Source: Podarcis gaigeae (lineage: Eukaryota). Taken from it: DNA of 64,000 nucleotides. This document shows positions 1-12,131 of this stretch, in pieces. The stretch is from NCBI GenBank assembly GCA_964106915.2, contig OZ066919.1; one strand, written 5' to 3'. The notes beneath the pieces were generated by a model. The model searched no databases. It saw only the letters and a program-made list of their open reading frames with translations, and had not been told where the DNA came from. The stretch's first letter is position 1. Every line of letters starts with the position of its first letter. The translations under genes and the position numbers were made by a program.

Positions 1-40
1 ATCTCAGGTGATATCAATAGCACTTCAACACTTAATCAAG
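1..40 (+). CDS. ADGRL2: ADGRL2 internal exon, 3' part (ISGDINSTSTLNQ-G), cytoplasmic tail
   Basis: Frame 1 reads ISGDINSTSTLNQ, matching the latrophilin-2 tail as I recall it. Donor G|gtcagt at 40/41 is phase 1. The exon start lies outside the window. Confidence 0.93.
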
Positions 41-193
41 GTCAGTTGCTGGACACATCACACTCTAGTTTTGTTCTTTCGGCGGTATTTTTTTCAAATA
101 AGAATTTAGGAGAATTGGGTTGCAGTAAATAAATCAAATAAGCAGATGTGCTCTGGGTAGGTAGGTTAAATATCTCAGCATTGGAATGGAAGC

Positions 194-222
194 ACACACA
201 CAAACACACACACACACACACA
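194..222. repeat. (CA)n microsatellite
   Basis: Imperfect CA run. Confidence 0.9.
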
Positions 223-3200
223 CCCTAACACACAAAATGTATAAAATTATTGCTCAACTCGGTCTTGAACACATTTAAAACTTAGTTCCCTCATGCTCTT
301 TGCTCAGGATTGAATCTGACATTCTTATTCATGGAAATCGTATTTAAATAAGTCTCATCAATAATTTAAACATAAAAGCAAGAACATAATTTTAAACTTT
401 TGCTAACCTTTGTAGTCTAAAACTGAAACAGAACTATACCAGCACAGTGACATTGTAAATGCATAAGATTTCCATATGCGGACATTTTGCCTGTGAAATC
501 AAATTGACATCAGCTCTATACAAAAGACATCTGCAAATAGGGTTTCCCCCACAGTATAGTTTTGATGATATCTATAATGTACAGCATTTGTCTGCCACAT
601 GACAACCTGAAAAGAAGGAAGGGAGGGGAAGCCACAGAACAGACTTAAGATGTCTGGTCACAGTTTTATCACTATAACTCAGATTGAATGTTCTCAGGCA
701 TTCAAGACTTCACAGAAGTATACTAAATGATTATGAAGGCTACCCATACCATCTCCAGCAGTAAACTAACCAAAGCTTCTCATCCAAATCTTAATATATA
801 AATAGACACTTTATCAAAAAATACTAATGTACAACTCTGTACCCCCCCCCAAAAAAAAATCTCAACCCAAAAGCTGCAGTATTATCTATTTTGTTAAAAT
901 CCAAATTGAGTTTATAGGGAGGTCTTTCCTGGTGGTTTGTAATAACAAAAAAGAAAAAAGCCCAATAAATTTATGTTGATCCACAAGAAAATTCCAAAAT
1001 CCACAGTTGATGTTGTTAGCTATAAGGAGTCTGGAGTCTTGATGGATGTTTCAGTTCCTTTATTAGGACCAACTAAAATGTCAGAAAATAGTGAGCCAGC
1101 TTTCGTATTCCTCAGACTCTTCAACAGGCCAAAAGTTGCACAAAGCAGAGAATGTGGGGAAAGTGGGACAGATATGGAAATCCACCTTTGGAATAAATCT
1201 AGATCTGCTGCCCCCAGCCTAGCATCGTCCAGATTTTTTGAACTAACAATCAGCCCTTTGGCCACAGCCAGATTTTCCAGCAAACTGAAAATGCTGCTAG
1301 AGTAGGGGACCACTGTGATTTTAACAAGGAAAATAACAACCCAATTAAAGCCTCCCTCTCTCCCTTCCCAGAGGAAGTAACCTCTTATCTAGGCTGTTAC
1401 CACGTTTTTCTGAATGCTGTATCTCCCTGATGCCACAATAGGAAGTTTCCATTCCTTCAGGGATTGGTGTTGGGGTAGAGGAGCCAGAATATTTTTTGTT
1501 CAAAATCATGGACAACCAAGCTCAGATGCTTCTTTCTCCGTAAAGAAATAGGAAATGGATGTAGGAAATGGCTGACATTTATCCCTGGCAAGCAACATCT
1601 GCATAGGCCCCAAGCCAGATTTTATTTTATTTTTTAAATGGCGTGTGAATAGAACATGGAAGAAGTAGAAAATCGTCCATTGTCTGACTGGTTGTACTGC
1701 CAGCATCTCCTCCAGTTTCCTTGCAATTCTAGGGGCTGCTGTATTGAGCTAGCTAGTTGGGCACAATCTTTAAGAAAAAATGGCAAGTCCCATTTGGAAG
1801 CTTCCACTAATTTCCATGAGTTTTTGTGCACTGGGACTTTCCCGATGAAATGTGCTCTGAACTTCTAGGTAGCCAGTGCTGCATTTTTCAGTTAATAATA
1901 ATAAAAAAGACCATGACCTTTGAGTTCTCAGAGCCAACACACTAGAGTTAGAGAATCGTTAGTCTTTCTGCCACAGCGCAGAAATTAAGACAGGTGGGGA
2001 ATTATGGTAATTAGCTGAAATTGCCATGTGGTGTAAAGTTTGCAATGTACAGCATAGGGGAAGATTATTTGAATTGCACTTTCTTGTATTTTAGATTGCA
2101 TCTTTAAAAAAAAAAGTGAAAATCAAATAAATGAAACCAAACACCAAATAAGATTAACATAATCTGTCAGTAAAGCAATTCCCTGAACTGCAGGATTTTT
2201 GCTACCTACAGTAATAATATTTTGAGTAGTGATAAAGGCATTAATATTTAAAATGTAATATCTGCTGCTATTGCCACAATGAGAACCTAATCAATTTAAA
2301 TTTTGTATGTAAATTTTTTGGCTGCTCTCTATCTCATTCTGGACATGTAATATATTCAGACAACATCCACCTCTCCTACCCACTGTCACACTGCTCAACG
2401 GAACGGCACTTTCGCCTTGCTTGTGTATATATGATGCATTTGGGCCCACAAAGACTGCACTATAATTCCATCTCCCCTGACAACTGTATTAATTTAAGAT
2501 ACCCAAGATCAATATGGGTTTTCAAATGCCTAGTTTTTAACAAATTGCTTAGAAACTTTCTCTGCTTCTTTAGAGGGCATATGCAAAAAGTGTTGATGCA
2601 TTGGGATTGAAATTGCAGAAATAAGCTGTTTGCTCTAGCTTTCGGTGTGTTCATTTAAGATTATTGTTGCAGGGAGGACAGACATAACTTAAACATAACT
2701 CACTTAAAAATCCTAACAGATAGCATTGCGGCATGAATCTGTTTCTCCCGTAAGAATTTATGAATGATTTGCCCTCAACTCCAACCCCCCACCCCCTCCA
2801 TGCCTCCCCTTAAGCATGCGCTCCTTTGCATATAACAAGAAAGGCTTCATGCAGCTTGCCATCACTTACCTTTGGCTGAAGAGGTTGTTTTTCACTTGCT
2901 CGCCCCCCCCCCCCCCGGCTAAGTTAGTAATAAACCCTGTAGGTTTCCGAGACTGACCAGCGTGGCTCTAAATTAACACAATTTTGATTTCTCTATTACG
3001 GCGCCTATTTCCCATGCTTAAGGTTAGAGACATTAAGCTGTAACATCTTGAAATAGAACATTGGTCTTTGCGTTTAATTGCTATTCTTGTTTTAACAGTG
3101 ATTTTGTATAAATTAGCAAATGTCATTCTTAGCAGGTGTTTACTTTGGGGATTTGGCCAGCACCTGTGAATTACTGAAATCTAACTACATTTTCCCTCTC

Positions 3201-3365
3201 GTCCTTCAAATTAGTAGTTCAAATACATTCAGAAATGTTCGGCTGAATCAAATTTGACAAGATATACACGACTCATGATGACATTTTTGTAAAAAAATAT
3301 ATATACTGGAACTGTCAGAATCAAATTAAGGAGCTGATGTCTCTCTTTCTGTTTCTTTGCTTTAG

Positions 3366-3494
3366 GAATGACTGGCAATTACCTACTAACAAACCCTCTT
3401 CTTCGACCACACGGCACTAACAATCCTTATAACACATTGCTCGCTGAAACCGTTGTATGTAATGCCCCTTCAGCTCCTGTGTTTAACTCACCAG
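3366..3494 (+). CDS. ADGRL2: ADGRL2 129-nt cassette exon ([43 protein letters not shown])
   Basis: Polypyrimidine tract plus tttag acceptor at 3365 and CCAG|gtgtgc donor. Phase 1-1, 43 codons. The peptide is the known latrophilin-2 tail insert. Confidence 0.95.
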
Positions 3495-3757
3495 GTGTGC
3501 CCACACTTTGGGATATGTTGAGTTTGCTTTTGTTTCTTGATGGTATTTTGCTCAGAGCCTCTGTCGGTTAATTTGGCCAGAGACCTAGAATTGCAGTCCA
3601 TATATTTCTCTCTCTCCGTCGAGAAGTACTGCTGATAACGCCAGGCTTGTAAAACTGCACTATATTATAGTGATAATGCCTTTGCCATAATAGTATTTGC
3701 CAATAATCCTCCCATGTTTTTAACACAGGTGGCATAAATCTTAATATACTATTACAG

Positions 3758-3810
3758 GACTGACACTCCATGGTCCGAGAGCCCATCTTCAAGATATATA
3801 TCACTTAGAG
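3758..3810 (+). CDS. ADGRL2: ADGRL2 53-nt frameshifting alternative exon (GLTLHGPRAHLQDIYHLE)
   Basis: ttacag| acceptor and GAG|gtatca donor. The phase-1 translation resembles the mammalian ADGRL2 short-isoform peptide GLTSHGLRAHLQDLYHLE (recalled). Confidence 0.8.
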
Positions 3811-4516
3811 GTATCATGTCTATGCAATATAAAATTAATCTGAAGCTTGCTGAGAAACAATCTGCTTACGGAGTCGATCAGACAATTAAACGCACAAAGA
3901 GGCATATTGACACCCGGATCATCCTGGTGTGGGAAACTGAATCCGGAGTCATATTTAGAGGCAAACTATAGTATAGTGCAGCTTTATAGGAACTCCCCAT
4001 TCCCCCTTTGGCTAGAATTAGAAGAACATTGTTTATGTGGGATGCACAGTCTGATCCTAAGACGTATTTGCTGCACCAGCAACTATGTGCTTAGGATGGG
4101 GCATACCTCCTGCTATATGCTATGAGCAACTGTCTCCTAACTTGACACTGCTCTGATGCATTATTTAGTTGCCAGTACATTAATTCAGCACTATGGGCTG
4201 CCATGGTAGCATCAGGATGTCAAGGCTTTATTACTAACCCTACCTTTGTTATACTATACTATCCAACTGCTTTTCTTAACTTCTGAGCCAGTTCAAAAAT
4301 TAATGCATCTTTATTAATTATTAGTGGAATAAGCCATCAAATATACTAGCCTCGAATGTAATTGAAATTCTGTGCTAAGAATTTTATACTTTGCTATATC
4401 TATATCTATATATAAAAAGCTGTTGTTACATGTCAAAGTTCCTTATTCTTTAAAACTGAACTGCAGTTTCTATGTTCATTCTCGTGTTTTCTTACTTTCC
4501 TTATGCTTTCCTCTAG

Positions 4517-4568
4517 CAACCTACAGAGAGACAAGTATGGGAGTAAAACTTAACTTTGCCTATCAAAT
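4517..4568 (+). CDS. ADGRL2: ADGRL2 alternative exon with two donors: 18 nt (4517-4534, ATYRET) or 52 nt (ATYRETSMGVKLNFAYQ-M)
   Basis: Long pyrimidine tract plus ctctag| acceptor. Donors ACAA|gtatgg and AAAT|gtaaat. The peptide resembles the latrophilin-3 variant PYRETSMGVKLNIAYQ (recalled). Confidence 0.8.
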
Positions 4569-6245
4569 GTAAATTTTTTCAGCATGATTTTTAATGGGCA
4601 CAATTAAAATATAACTAGCGGTCATGAAGTAGACTCAGCGGGCAAGTGGTTCACAATTTGCAAATGAAATATTTCCACGCTCAAACAGTACATGTGTACT
4701 GCTTTTCGGAGAACAATCTAAAAAAAAAAATCAAATATCAAAAATCAAATCACAAGAGGTCTGTAGCAAGCCCTATTTGGTAACCTATGATATCCAATGC
4801 TGAAATAATTTGCTGCTTAAAACCAGAGCACAGTTGAGCAGAAATGCTTAATAATTGACTTAACATTTCCACATTCCCACAGTAATCTTGCTACAGGCTA
4901 TGAAAGACTTCAAGTGAATTACCTGATCACGGGCAACTAAACTTGCCTCTTTAAAACTGGTTGAAGTACATTCAAGTGTGCTTAACTCTGCAGTATATCA
5001 TAGAAAATTCATTTTGGATTATTAAATATGCTTCAATATCTCTTTAATAGAGGATAAAGTATTAGATTATTAAAAAGAGAGAAAGAGAGAGAGAATGCCT
5101 TCAGAGGGGAAATTAATGCCGGCATGTGGTCCAAGTGTTGCCTCTCTCTTATAAATGCCATATGTTTCATATGGATAAAGCTTTTGCAAGAAAGATCTAG
5201 GAACATATATGAAAATACCCAGCTACAAAAGTTGTTTAATCAAAGCCTAGAAAGGCTTTCAAAGAACTGCTGTCCTTTTAACTAATTCAGTACGCATGGA
5301 TGGCTAGAACAACACAATACAAGATTAGCTGCAGTTATTCCACTTCAAAAAAAAAAAGTATTCTTTGACCAAAGAAAAGTCACTTTTGGGCATCAACCCA
5401 ATCTTTCTATCTTTATAGAAGCAACTTGAATTTTCTTGCTTAAGCTGCAGCTTTAAGTGCAGTCTGAAAGTAAAACAGGAAACGTTCTTAGAGGCACACA
5501 CAATATTTTATTTCTCTGTAACAACTCCAAGCCTTGTATGTGATGCAGCAGCCTCACAGTGGTCAGCTCCATTCCAACAACAGTATTTCATTCTTTCTTA
5601 GTTTTCCCCTCCTCCAAACATTGCTCTAGAAGTCTAAAAGCGATTCTTCTACAAGTTCACTAACAAACCATCTAACTTTATCCATGACACATGCCATTCA
5701 GTTTCTTTCATAGCTTTCTTTTTCTTCTTTGCCTGGGAAGCACTGTGATGTCTTAGTTTACATGTCTTTTGTGTCTCCAGAAAAATGGAATTTCTTTGTA
5801 TAGAAAAAGAGCATGTCACCATAAAATTCCAGTCGCCCCCCCCCCCCTTTCTTCCCAAAACTTCTTTTCATCTTTCCCGCAGATGTATCCAATTTCTCCA
5901 TTTCTCCAGCAGTTGAAAGATATCGGCCCTGGCTGATAATCTCCTCCCATTCCACAGCTAATATCTCTTCTTTGGTTAATTTCTGTGACCCATGCTTAGA
6001 GAAACCCTTGACATTTGTGCTTTTGACTTCCATACGCCCATAATGTCTGTGGGCCTAACTCTTTAACAGACTATGCTGGTTCATTCAGTGCTGTCACTGT
6101 GACTGATGCAAGCTGCAGGCGAACTTTGACCTCCTGAAGCCTGGCGCCGTTGCTGGCGGAGAGAATATTAAACGCAACCAAAAATTAAAAATGAACAAAA
6201 CAAAAATCATATTGGGGGAAAAAAAGAGAGCTGTTATTGCTAGTA

Positions 6246-6433
6246 NNNNNNNNNNNNNNNNNNNNNNNNNNNNNNNNNNNNNNNNNNNNNNNNNNNNNNN
6301 NNNNNNNNNNNNNNNNNNNNNNNNNNNNNNNNNNNNNNNNNNNNNNNNNNNNNNNNNNNNNNNNNNNNNNNNNNNNNNNNNNNNNNNNNNNNNNNNNNNN
6401 NNNNNNNNNNNNNNNNNNNNNNNNNNNNNNNNN
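6246..6433. other. Assembly gap (188 N)
   Basis: Run of N. Confidence 1.
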
Positions 6434-7143
6434 ATGGTGCTTGTGGGCCTCAATCCCTGTTAGTGTGAGAGGTGGCTGTCTGTGCTTAACATGAAATCTA
6501 TGTACTTGTCCATTTTTTTCCATTCTTTTCTTTACTCCATCTTCAGATAAATAAATAAAAACCACACACACGAGAGGAAATGTTAGAAATGCTATATATT
6601 AAAATAGTTGCTTGCCAGTTACGTGGGTTTATTGTTACACATTTGCCTTATGTTTCGTATGTGACCTGATTCCTTTTTTTCTTTTTTTAATTTAGTGTTG
6701 TTTAGGACAAATTATGTTGCGTTCATTCCCCCCCTCCCCGAATCATGGTGTTGCACTAAAAATATAAATGTTGATGAATAAATTGCTTTGCATTACATAT
6801 GCAAGTGCATGGAGTGACCATTCTTTTCCTTGAGGGAAGAGCTATACAACTGGGTACTAAATTGTTGCATTTGAACCTTTTCCATTTGTTTTCAAATTCC
6901 TAAATTCAAAGTATCATTGACGCTCCACGGAAAAGCAGTATTACTCTGTAAAATTCTCTCTCTCTCTTCTATAAGGTGCGTAACTCCTTACACTTTTGGG
7001 GAAGTCCCATCCCCCTCCTCACGTTCCTCAAGTCTTACTTTCAAGTACAACTTTGTCCTGAACTACATTAAAAACCTTTATAGAATAAGAACATTGGGCT
7101 CTGGTGTTGGCAATAACCCGAAGATGTCCCTTTTCTGTTTCAG

Positions 7144-7898
7144 GACATTCACTGAACAATGCCAGGGATACAAGTGCCATGGATACTCTACCGCTAAATG
7201 GTAATTTCAACAACAGCTACTCTTTACGCAACGGAGACTACAACGACAGCGTGCAAGTTGTAGACTGTGGGCTAAGCCTGAATGACACCGCCTTTGAGAA
7301 AATGATCATTTCGGAATTAGTACACAACAACCTGCGGGGCAGCAGCAAGAACCACAACCTAGAGCGCACATTGCCAATCAAAGCTGTGATCGGCGGGAGC
7401 AGTAGCGAAGACGACGCCATTGTAGCAGATGCTTCGTCTCTGATGCACAGTGACAACGCCGGCCTGGAGCTGCACCAAAAGGAACTCGAGGCGCCTCTGA
7501 TTCCCCAACGGACTCACTCCCTTCTGTACCAGCCACAGAAGAAAGTGAAGACGGAAGGAACAGACAGCTATGTGTCCCAGCTGACGGCCGAAGTTGAAGA
7601 CCACCTCCAGTCCCCCAACAGAGACTCTCTGTACACAAGCATGCCCAACCTCAGAGACTCTCCTTACCCGGAGAGCAGTCCCGACATCGAGGAAGACCTC
7701 TCTCCCTCCAGGAGGAGCGAGAATGAGGACATTTACTACAAGAGCATGCCAAACCTTGGAGCTGGCCATCAGCTTCAGATGTACTATCAAATCAGCAGGG
7801 GCAATAGTGACGGCTATATAATTCCCATTAACAAGGAAGGATGTATTCCGGAAGGGGATGTTAGGGAAGGACAAATGCAACTAGTGACAAGCCTTTAA
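7144..7898 (+). CDS. ADGRL2: ADGRL2 terminal coding exon ([20 protein letters not shown]...[10 protein letters not shown])
   Basis: ttttctgtttcag| acceptor at 7143, within ORF 7104..7898. Contains the latrophilin cytoplasmic motifs SLYTSMPNL and YYKSMPNLG and the class I PDZ ligand VTSL. Confidence 0.98.
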
Positions 7899-8186
7899 TA
7901 GTGTAGCAAAGGAATACTGAAGGCCACATTGCAAGTATTAAACAGACTTAATTGGCCCCATGCAGGCTCCCTCATATCTGCTCGAAGCGACAATTTCTGT
8001 TGTCCCTGTGGTTTCTCCCGTGTAAAGGAGACGACTGGACCTTGCAGTTCTGTGAATTTTTATAAAACAAAGCTTTGTATATACACAGAGTATACTAAAA
8101 GAATTATTTGTTACAAACAGAAAAAAAGAGATACCATCAAGGTATTTTAAGATATCTTGCTGCTGACGTAAAAGAGATTGTGAAAT

Positions 8187-8211
8187 ACACACACACACAC
8201 ACACACACACA
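8187..8211. repeat. (AC)n microsatellite in the 3'UTR
   Basis: About 12 AC units. Confidence 0.9.
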
Positions 8212-8511
8212 ACGTTCCAGCCATTTTACTGCAGCAGTTTGTGAACTAAATTTGTAAATATGGCTGCATCATTTTTTGTAGGCCTGCATTGTATTATATA
8301 CAAGACGTAGGCGCTAAAATCCTGTGGGACAAATTTACTGTACCTTACTATTCCTGACAAGACTTGCAAAAAGCAGGAGAGAGATTCTGCATCAGTTTGC
8401 GGTTCACTGCAAATCTTTTCCATAAAGGTAAAGATTGAAAACCTGTCTAACCACTAGCAATCAAGCCACAGGCCTTATTTCATATATTTCCTCAACTGTA
8501 CAATGAACTGT

Positions 8512-8648
8512 NNNNNNNNNNNNNNNNNNNNNNNNNNNNNNNNNNNNNNNNNNNNNNNNNNNNNNNNNNNNNNNNNNNNNNNNNNNNNNNNNNNNNNNNN
8601 NNNNNNNNNNNNNNNNNNNNNNNNNNNNNNNNNNNNNNNNNNNNNNNN
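8512..8648. other. Assembly gap (137 N)
   Basis: Run of N. Confidence 1.
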
Positions 8649-9294
8649 ATATTGTGAAAACGCTCTTGGTTGCACATATGCTACAAGCTGTCCGTCCCCC
8701 TCCCGCCCCCCTTTTACACTTGGTTCATAGTAGCGTAACATGTTTAAAAAGTTCTATCCATTTTCACTTCTTTTTCCCTGTAAACAGTGCTCTGCTTTGA
8801 CGTTAGTATTTCTTCTTATGTTTTAAATTTCTTATTGCCAAAAGAACATATATTTTTTTCCGGGCAGAATTCTTTTAGATGCCAATTAATTTCATGCCTT
8901 GCACACTATGAAATTTGGGTTGTTGTTGTGGTTTTTTTTAAAAAAAGAAAAATCTATATCAGGTTATAAATCACTTCCCTTTTCATTCTTTTAACTTTGA
9001 GGAAGGCTGAAAGGAAGGGAAGTGGCCAAAGGGACAGACATACTAGTGAATCTCAAACAAACTAATGAATTAAAGGTGCCTGACCTTTTTAAGCTAAGAG
9101 AAAAAACATAAATACTCTTCCATATTCCTCCTGCCTATATTTAGTAATTAATTTATTTTATGATAAAAGATCTAATTAAATGTACATTGTTTCAGGGTTT
9201 TTTTTTGCTTTTTTTTCAATCCCTTTGTGTAAACCTGTTAATAATGAGCCCATCACTAATATCCAATGTAAAGTTTAACACCTGTTTGACAGTA

Positions 9295-9300
9295 AATAAA
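9295..9300 (+). terminator. Polyadenylation signal AATAAA
   Basis: agtaAATAAAtgtgaattttttttc at the end of the AU-rich UTR. Confidence 0.65.
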
Positions 9301-10475
9301 TGTGAATTTTTTTTCCAAATAGGTAAAACGCTCTTTCTTACATATGAGTCATAAGCTCGATTATTCACCGTGTGAGCTGGCTAAATTCAGCTTAGCATCA
9401 CTCCCTTACAGTTCTCAATTTATATGGAGAGGTCTGGTGTAGGAGCTGCCTATATATCTCTATTGAATAGAGGTCATTGCTGCTACTTGATATTCTAGTC
9501 ATAGTCACATATGATCAAGATCAGAAACATGAGCTCTGTTACAAAAGTGTTCGGCAGCCTCCTCCATTTACATAACAGATTTTTTAGAAAATTCAAATAG
9601 GAATATGATTTATTAAAAATAAAAAAGGATGCAAACTCTGCAGTCCTATTTCAGGCAACTGTAATTATATGGCTATAATTAGTGATAAAGATAAGCTCTT
9701 GTTGCAGAGAGAGAGAAAATACTAATATTGCAGCTTTTATAGGAGTGCCGTGAATATTCAGGGCCTTGCAAAATATGGTAAATCACAGCAGTCTTTTGTG
9801 ATATGCAAATTAGCGTTTCTGTTATTACTACTATTAGCAGATGGGGAATCGAGGCAGGAAGCTGATACTTTGCCCAAAGCTTTATAGCATGAAGCGGGAT
9901 TTAATTTCGGATGCACTACTTTGGAACTGTCTGTTCATTCCTTTTCACTAATTTGCCCATAGATTATTCGAGATTCCGGGTTTTCATTTGCAAAAGCTTG
10001 GATTTAAGTATTATATACTGATTTTTTGCTAAATTGTTGAATTATTCCCTCCGTGCTCACCACTTTTGTTGTTGCAGCCCTGATTATTAGAAAAATCAAA
10101 TCCACACAGGTACTTTTATATATTCATTTTGCCAGCATTTTCCTTAATTACAGCTATTTGGTACAATCCGCCAGGAAGTTCTGCAGAAGCGCCATTGGCT
10201 TGCGTTCCTTAACTTCCCAATGGCCTTTACATATTGATTAATGGGATTTCATCAAAAGAAAGCTTTTGTGATTTATAGCTGCTATGCATGCCTAAGGAAG
10301 GACCAGCAAATACACATTGAGTTTCATCATGAGTTAGGGGTTGCTTCAGATCAGAATGATTTCCTAAGCTCACCTGGCCTTAATTTTTTTGCAAGGAAAT
10401 CAGTAGCACCCTCCTTGATCATTATGTCTGTATGCACTTCATAGTCAAAGTACTTGGTGGCTATATGGGGTAAAC

Positions 10476-10728
10476 CATAGGTAGGCAAACTAATGCCCGG
10501 GGGCTGCATGCGGCCCAATCGCCTTCTCAATCCAGCCCGCAGACTGTCTGGGAATCAGCATATTTTTACATGAGTGGAATGTGTCCTTTTATTTAAAAAG
10601 CATTTCTGAGTTATTTGTGGGGCATAGGAATTAGTTTATTTCCCCCCCTTTCAAAATATAGTCCGGCCCCCCACAAGGTCTGAGGGACAGTGGACCAGCC
10701 CCCTGCTGAAAAAGTTTGCTGACCCCTG
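10476..10728. mobile_element. Non-autonomous hAT (Charlie-like) MITE
   Basis: TIR-like ends cataggtaggcaaact...tttgctgacccctg and a perfect 8-bp TSD GGGTAAAC. Same family as 19847-20087 in the opposite orientation. Confidence 0.9.
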
Positions 10729-12131
10729 GGGTAAACCATAAATTAATATGGGTCATAAGCTAGAATTACGACACAGCTGTCATCTGTGCTTAACGCCTGG
10801 GAATCATTCATATCCAAAGCATCTTATATGAACATCTTTGTTGGGAGGACAGCCAGTTGTCCAAGTCTTTCCTCATTATGATCAAGTCTTTCTGTAGATG
10901 CAACCTATGGCTATTAAGTTTTGCCATATTGTGGTATGTGGGGAATGCAATTGGTAGCACGCAGAATGTTAGAGGCACATGATGCAGTTAGCAGATCTGG
11001 TCCTGCGAACTGCCCAGAATGAATTCCCATAAGCCATGTGTTGTAAGGTGCCCTGAGCTCTTTGAGGGTAACAACAAAGTCCAGCTAATAAATAAAGTGT
11101 ACTTACATCATATACAGCTGGTTTCCATGAGCCTATAAAAGAGAGAAAAAAGACGGTTCATTCGAATCTTCACTACTGCTATAGCAGTCAAAACCAACTG
11201 ACAACGAAAGAACTATGTAAAGGAAGTGAGCCGATAAAGGCTTGAGAATTATACAATTATTTTGTTAGCTGTTTTTTCTTACGACAATTGCTATTAACTA
11301 TGTAGAGAAATTATCAATATATATGATGCTAAACAAGATTAAGTTAAACATCCGTGCTAGAAGCTAGATGAACAAAAAAGAACAGAAAAGGAAGAGTGGA
11401 AAAGACAAATGGAAACAGATAAGACCAAACAGAATTTACAGGCATATTTAATTCATAAGAGTTGTGTTCATTTGGTGATCACTTATTTAATGCTCTATTA
11501 TTCATTGATTGTTTAGGATGCTAACTAACTGAATAGTTTCTCTCTTTTTGCCGCCTTTGTTATAAACAAATCTGCAGCTAGTTTAATGTGCTTAAAATAA
11601 TACAACATTCTTATTGTTATTGTTTAATTACACAAACCACCATGGATAAATAGTGCGAGAAAATAGCTCCGCTACAGTTTTTGCAGAATTTATTTATTGC
11701 CATGGGGCTGGGATGAGTGCTCTGGCGGTACAAGGAAATTCGGAACTAAACAAAACACTCAAGTAAAATTCAGAAAATGGTAAGGGAATGATATATTGCT
11801 TTGCTTGGTGTGTGTAGGTATGTGGTTTTTAAAAACCTGGCATTCAACGCTTACAAGAGCGCTGCAACAAAGAGAGAGTATGCATCCACAAGGAATCATT
11901 GTAGTTAAAGGACAAGGACATCCGGCTACTCCTTGCTAATGACTTTGACATTAGTTCGAGATCTTGTTTGTAATATATGAAATGTATTTGTCACCTTTTA
12001 AAGAAACGAAAAAAGCATCCATGGAATGGAACCTTATTCTGAAGGCAAAACTCTTAATAGCCACAGCATATCTCAGATTGGGAGAATCTTAACCAGGATC
12101 ATTTAACTTAGTGGGAAGACAAGGAAAACTA

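Larger units (their letters stand above)
7899..9320 (+). other. ADGRL2: ADGRL2 3'UTR (end approximate)
   Basis: AU-rich, TE-free stretch after the stop codon. AATAAA at 9295-9300 is followed by U-rich sequence. Contains an N gap at 8512-8648. Confidence 0.7.

Noticed and set aside
3495-3571. C-terminal read-through of ORF 3368..3571
   Set aside because: Lies past the CCAG|gt donor. There is no evidence for intron retention.
6094-6571. ORFs spanning N runs (also 8475-8741)
   Set aside because: Artefacts of assembly gaps.
7104-7143. N-terminal part of ORF 7104..7898 ([13 protein letters not shown])
   Set aside because: Intronic. The real exon starts at the acceptor at 7144.
7238-7880. Antisense ORFs over the terminal exon
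   Set aside because: Shadows of the coding strand's codon bias.
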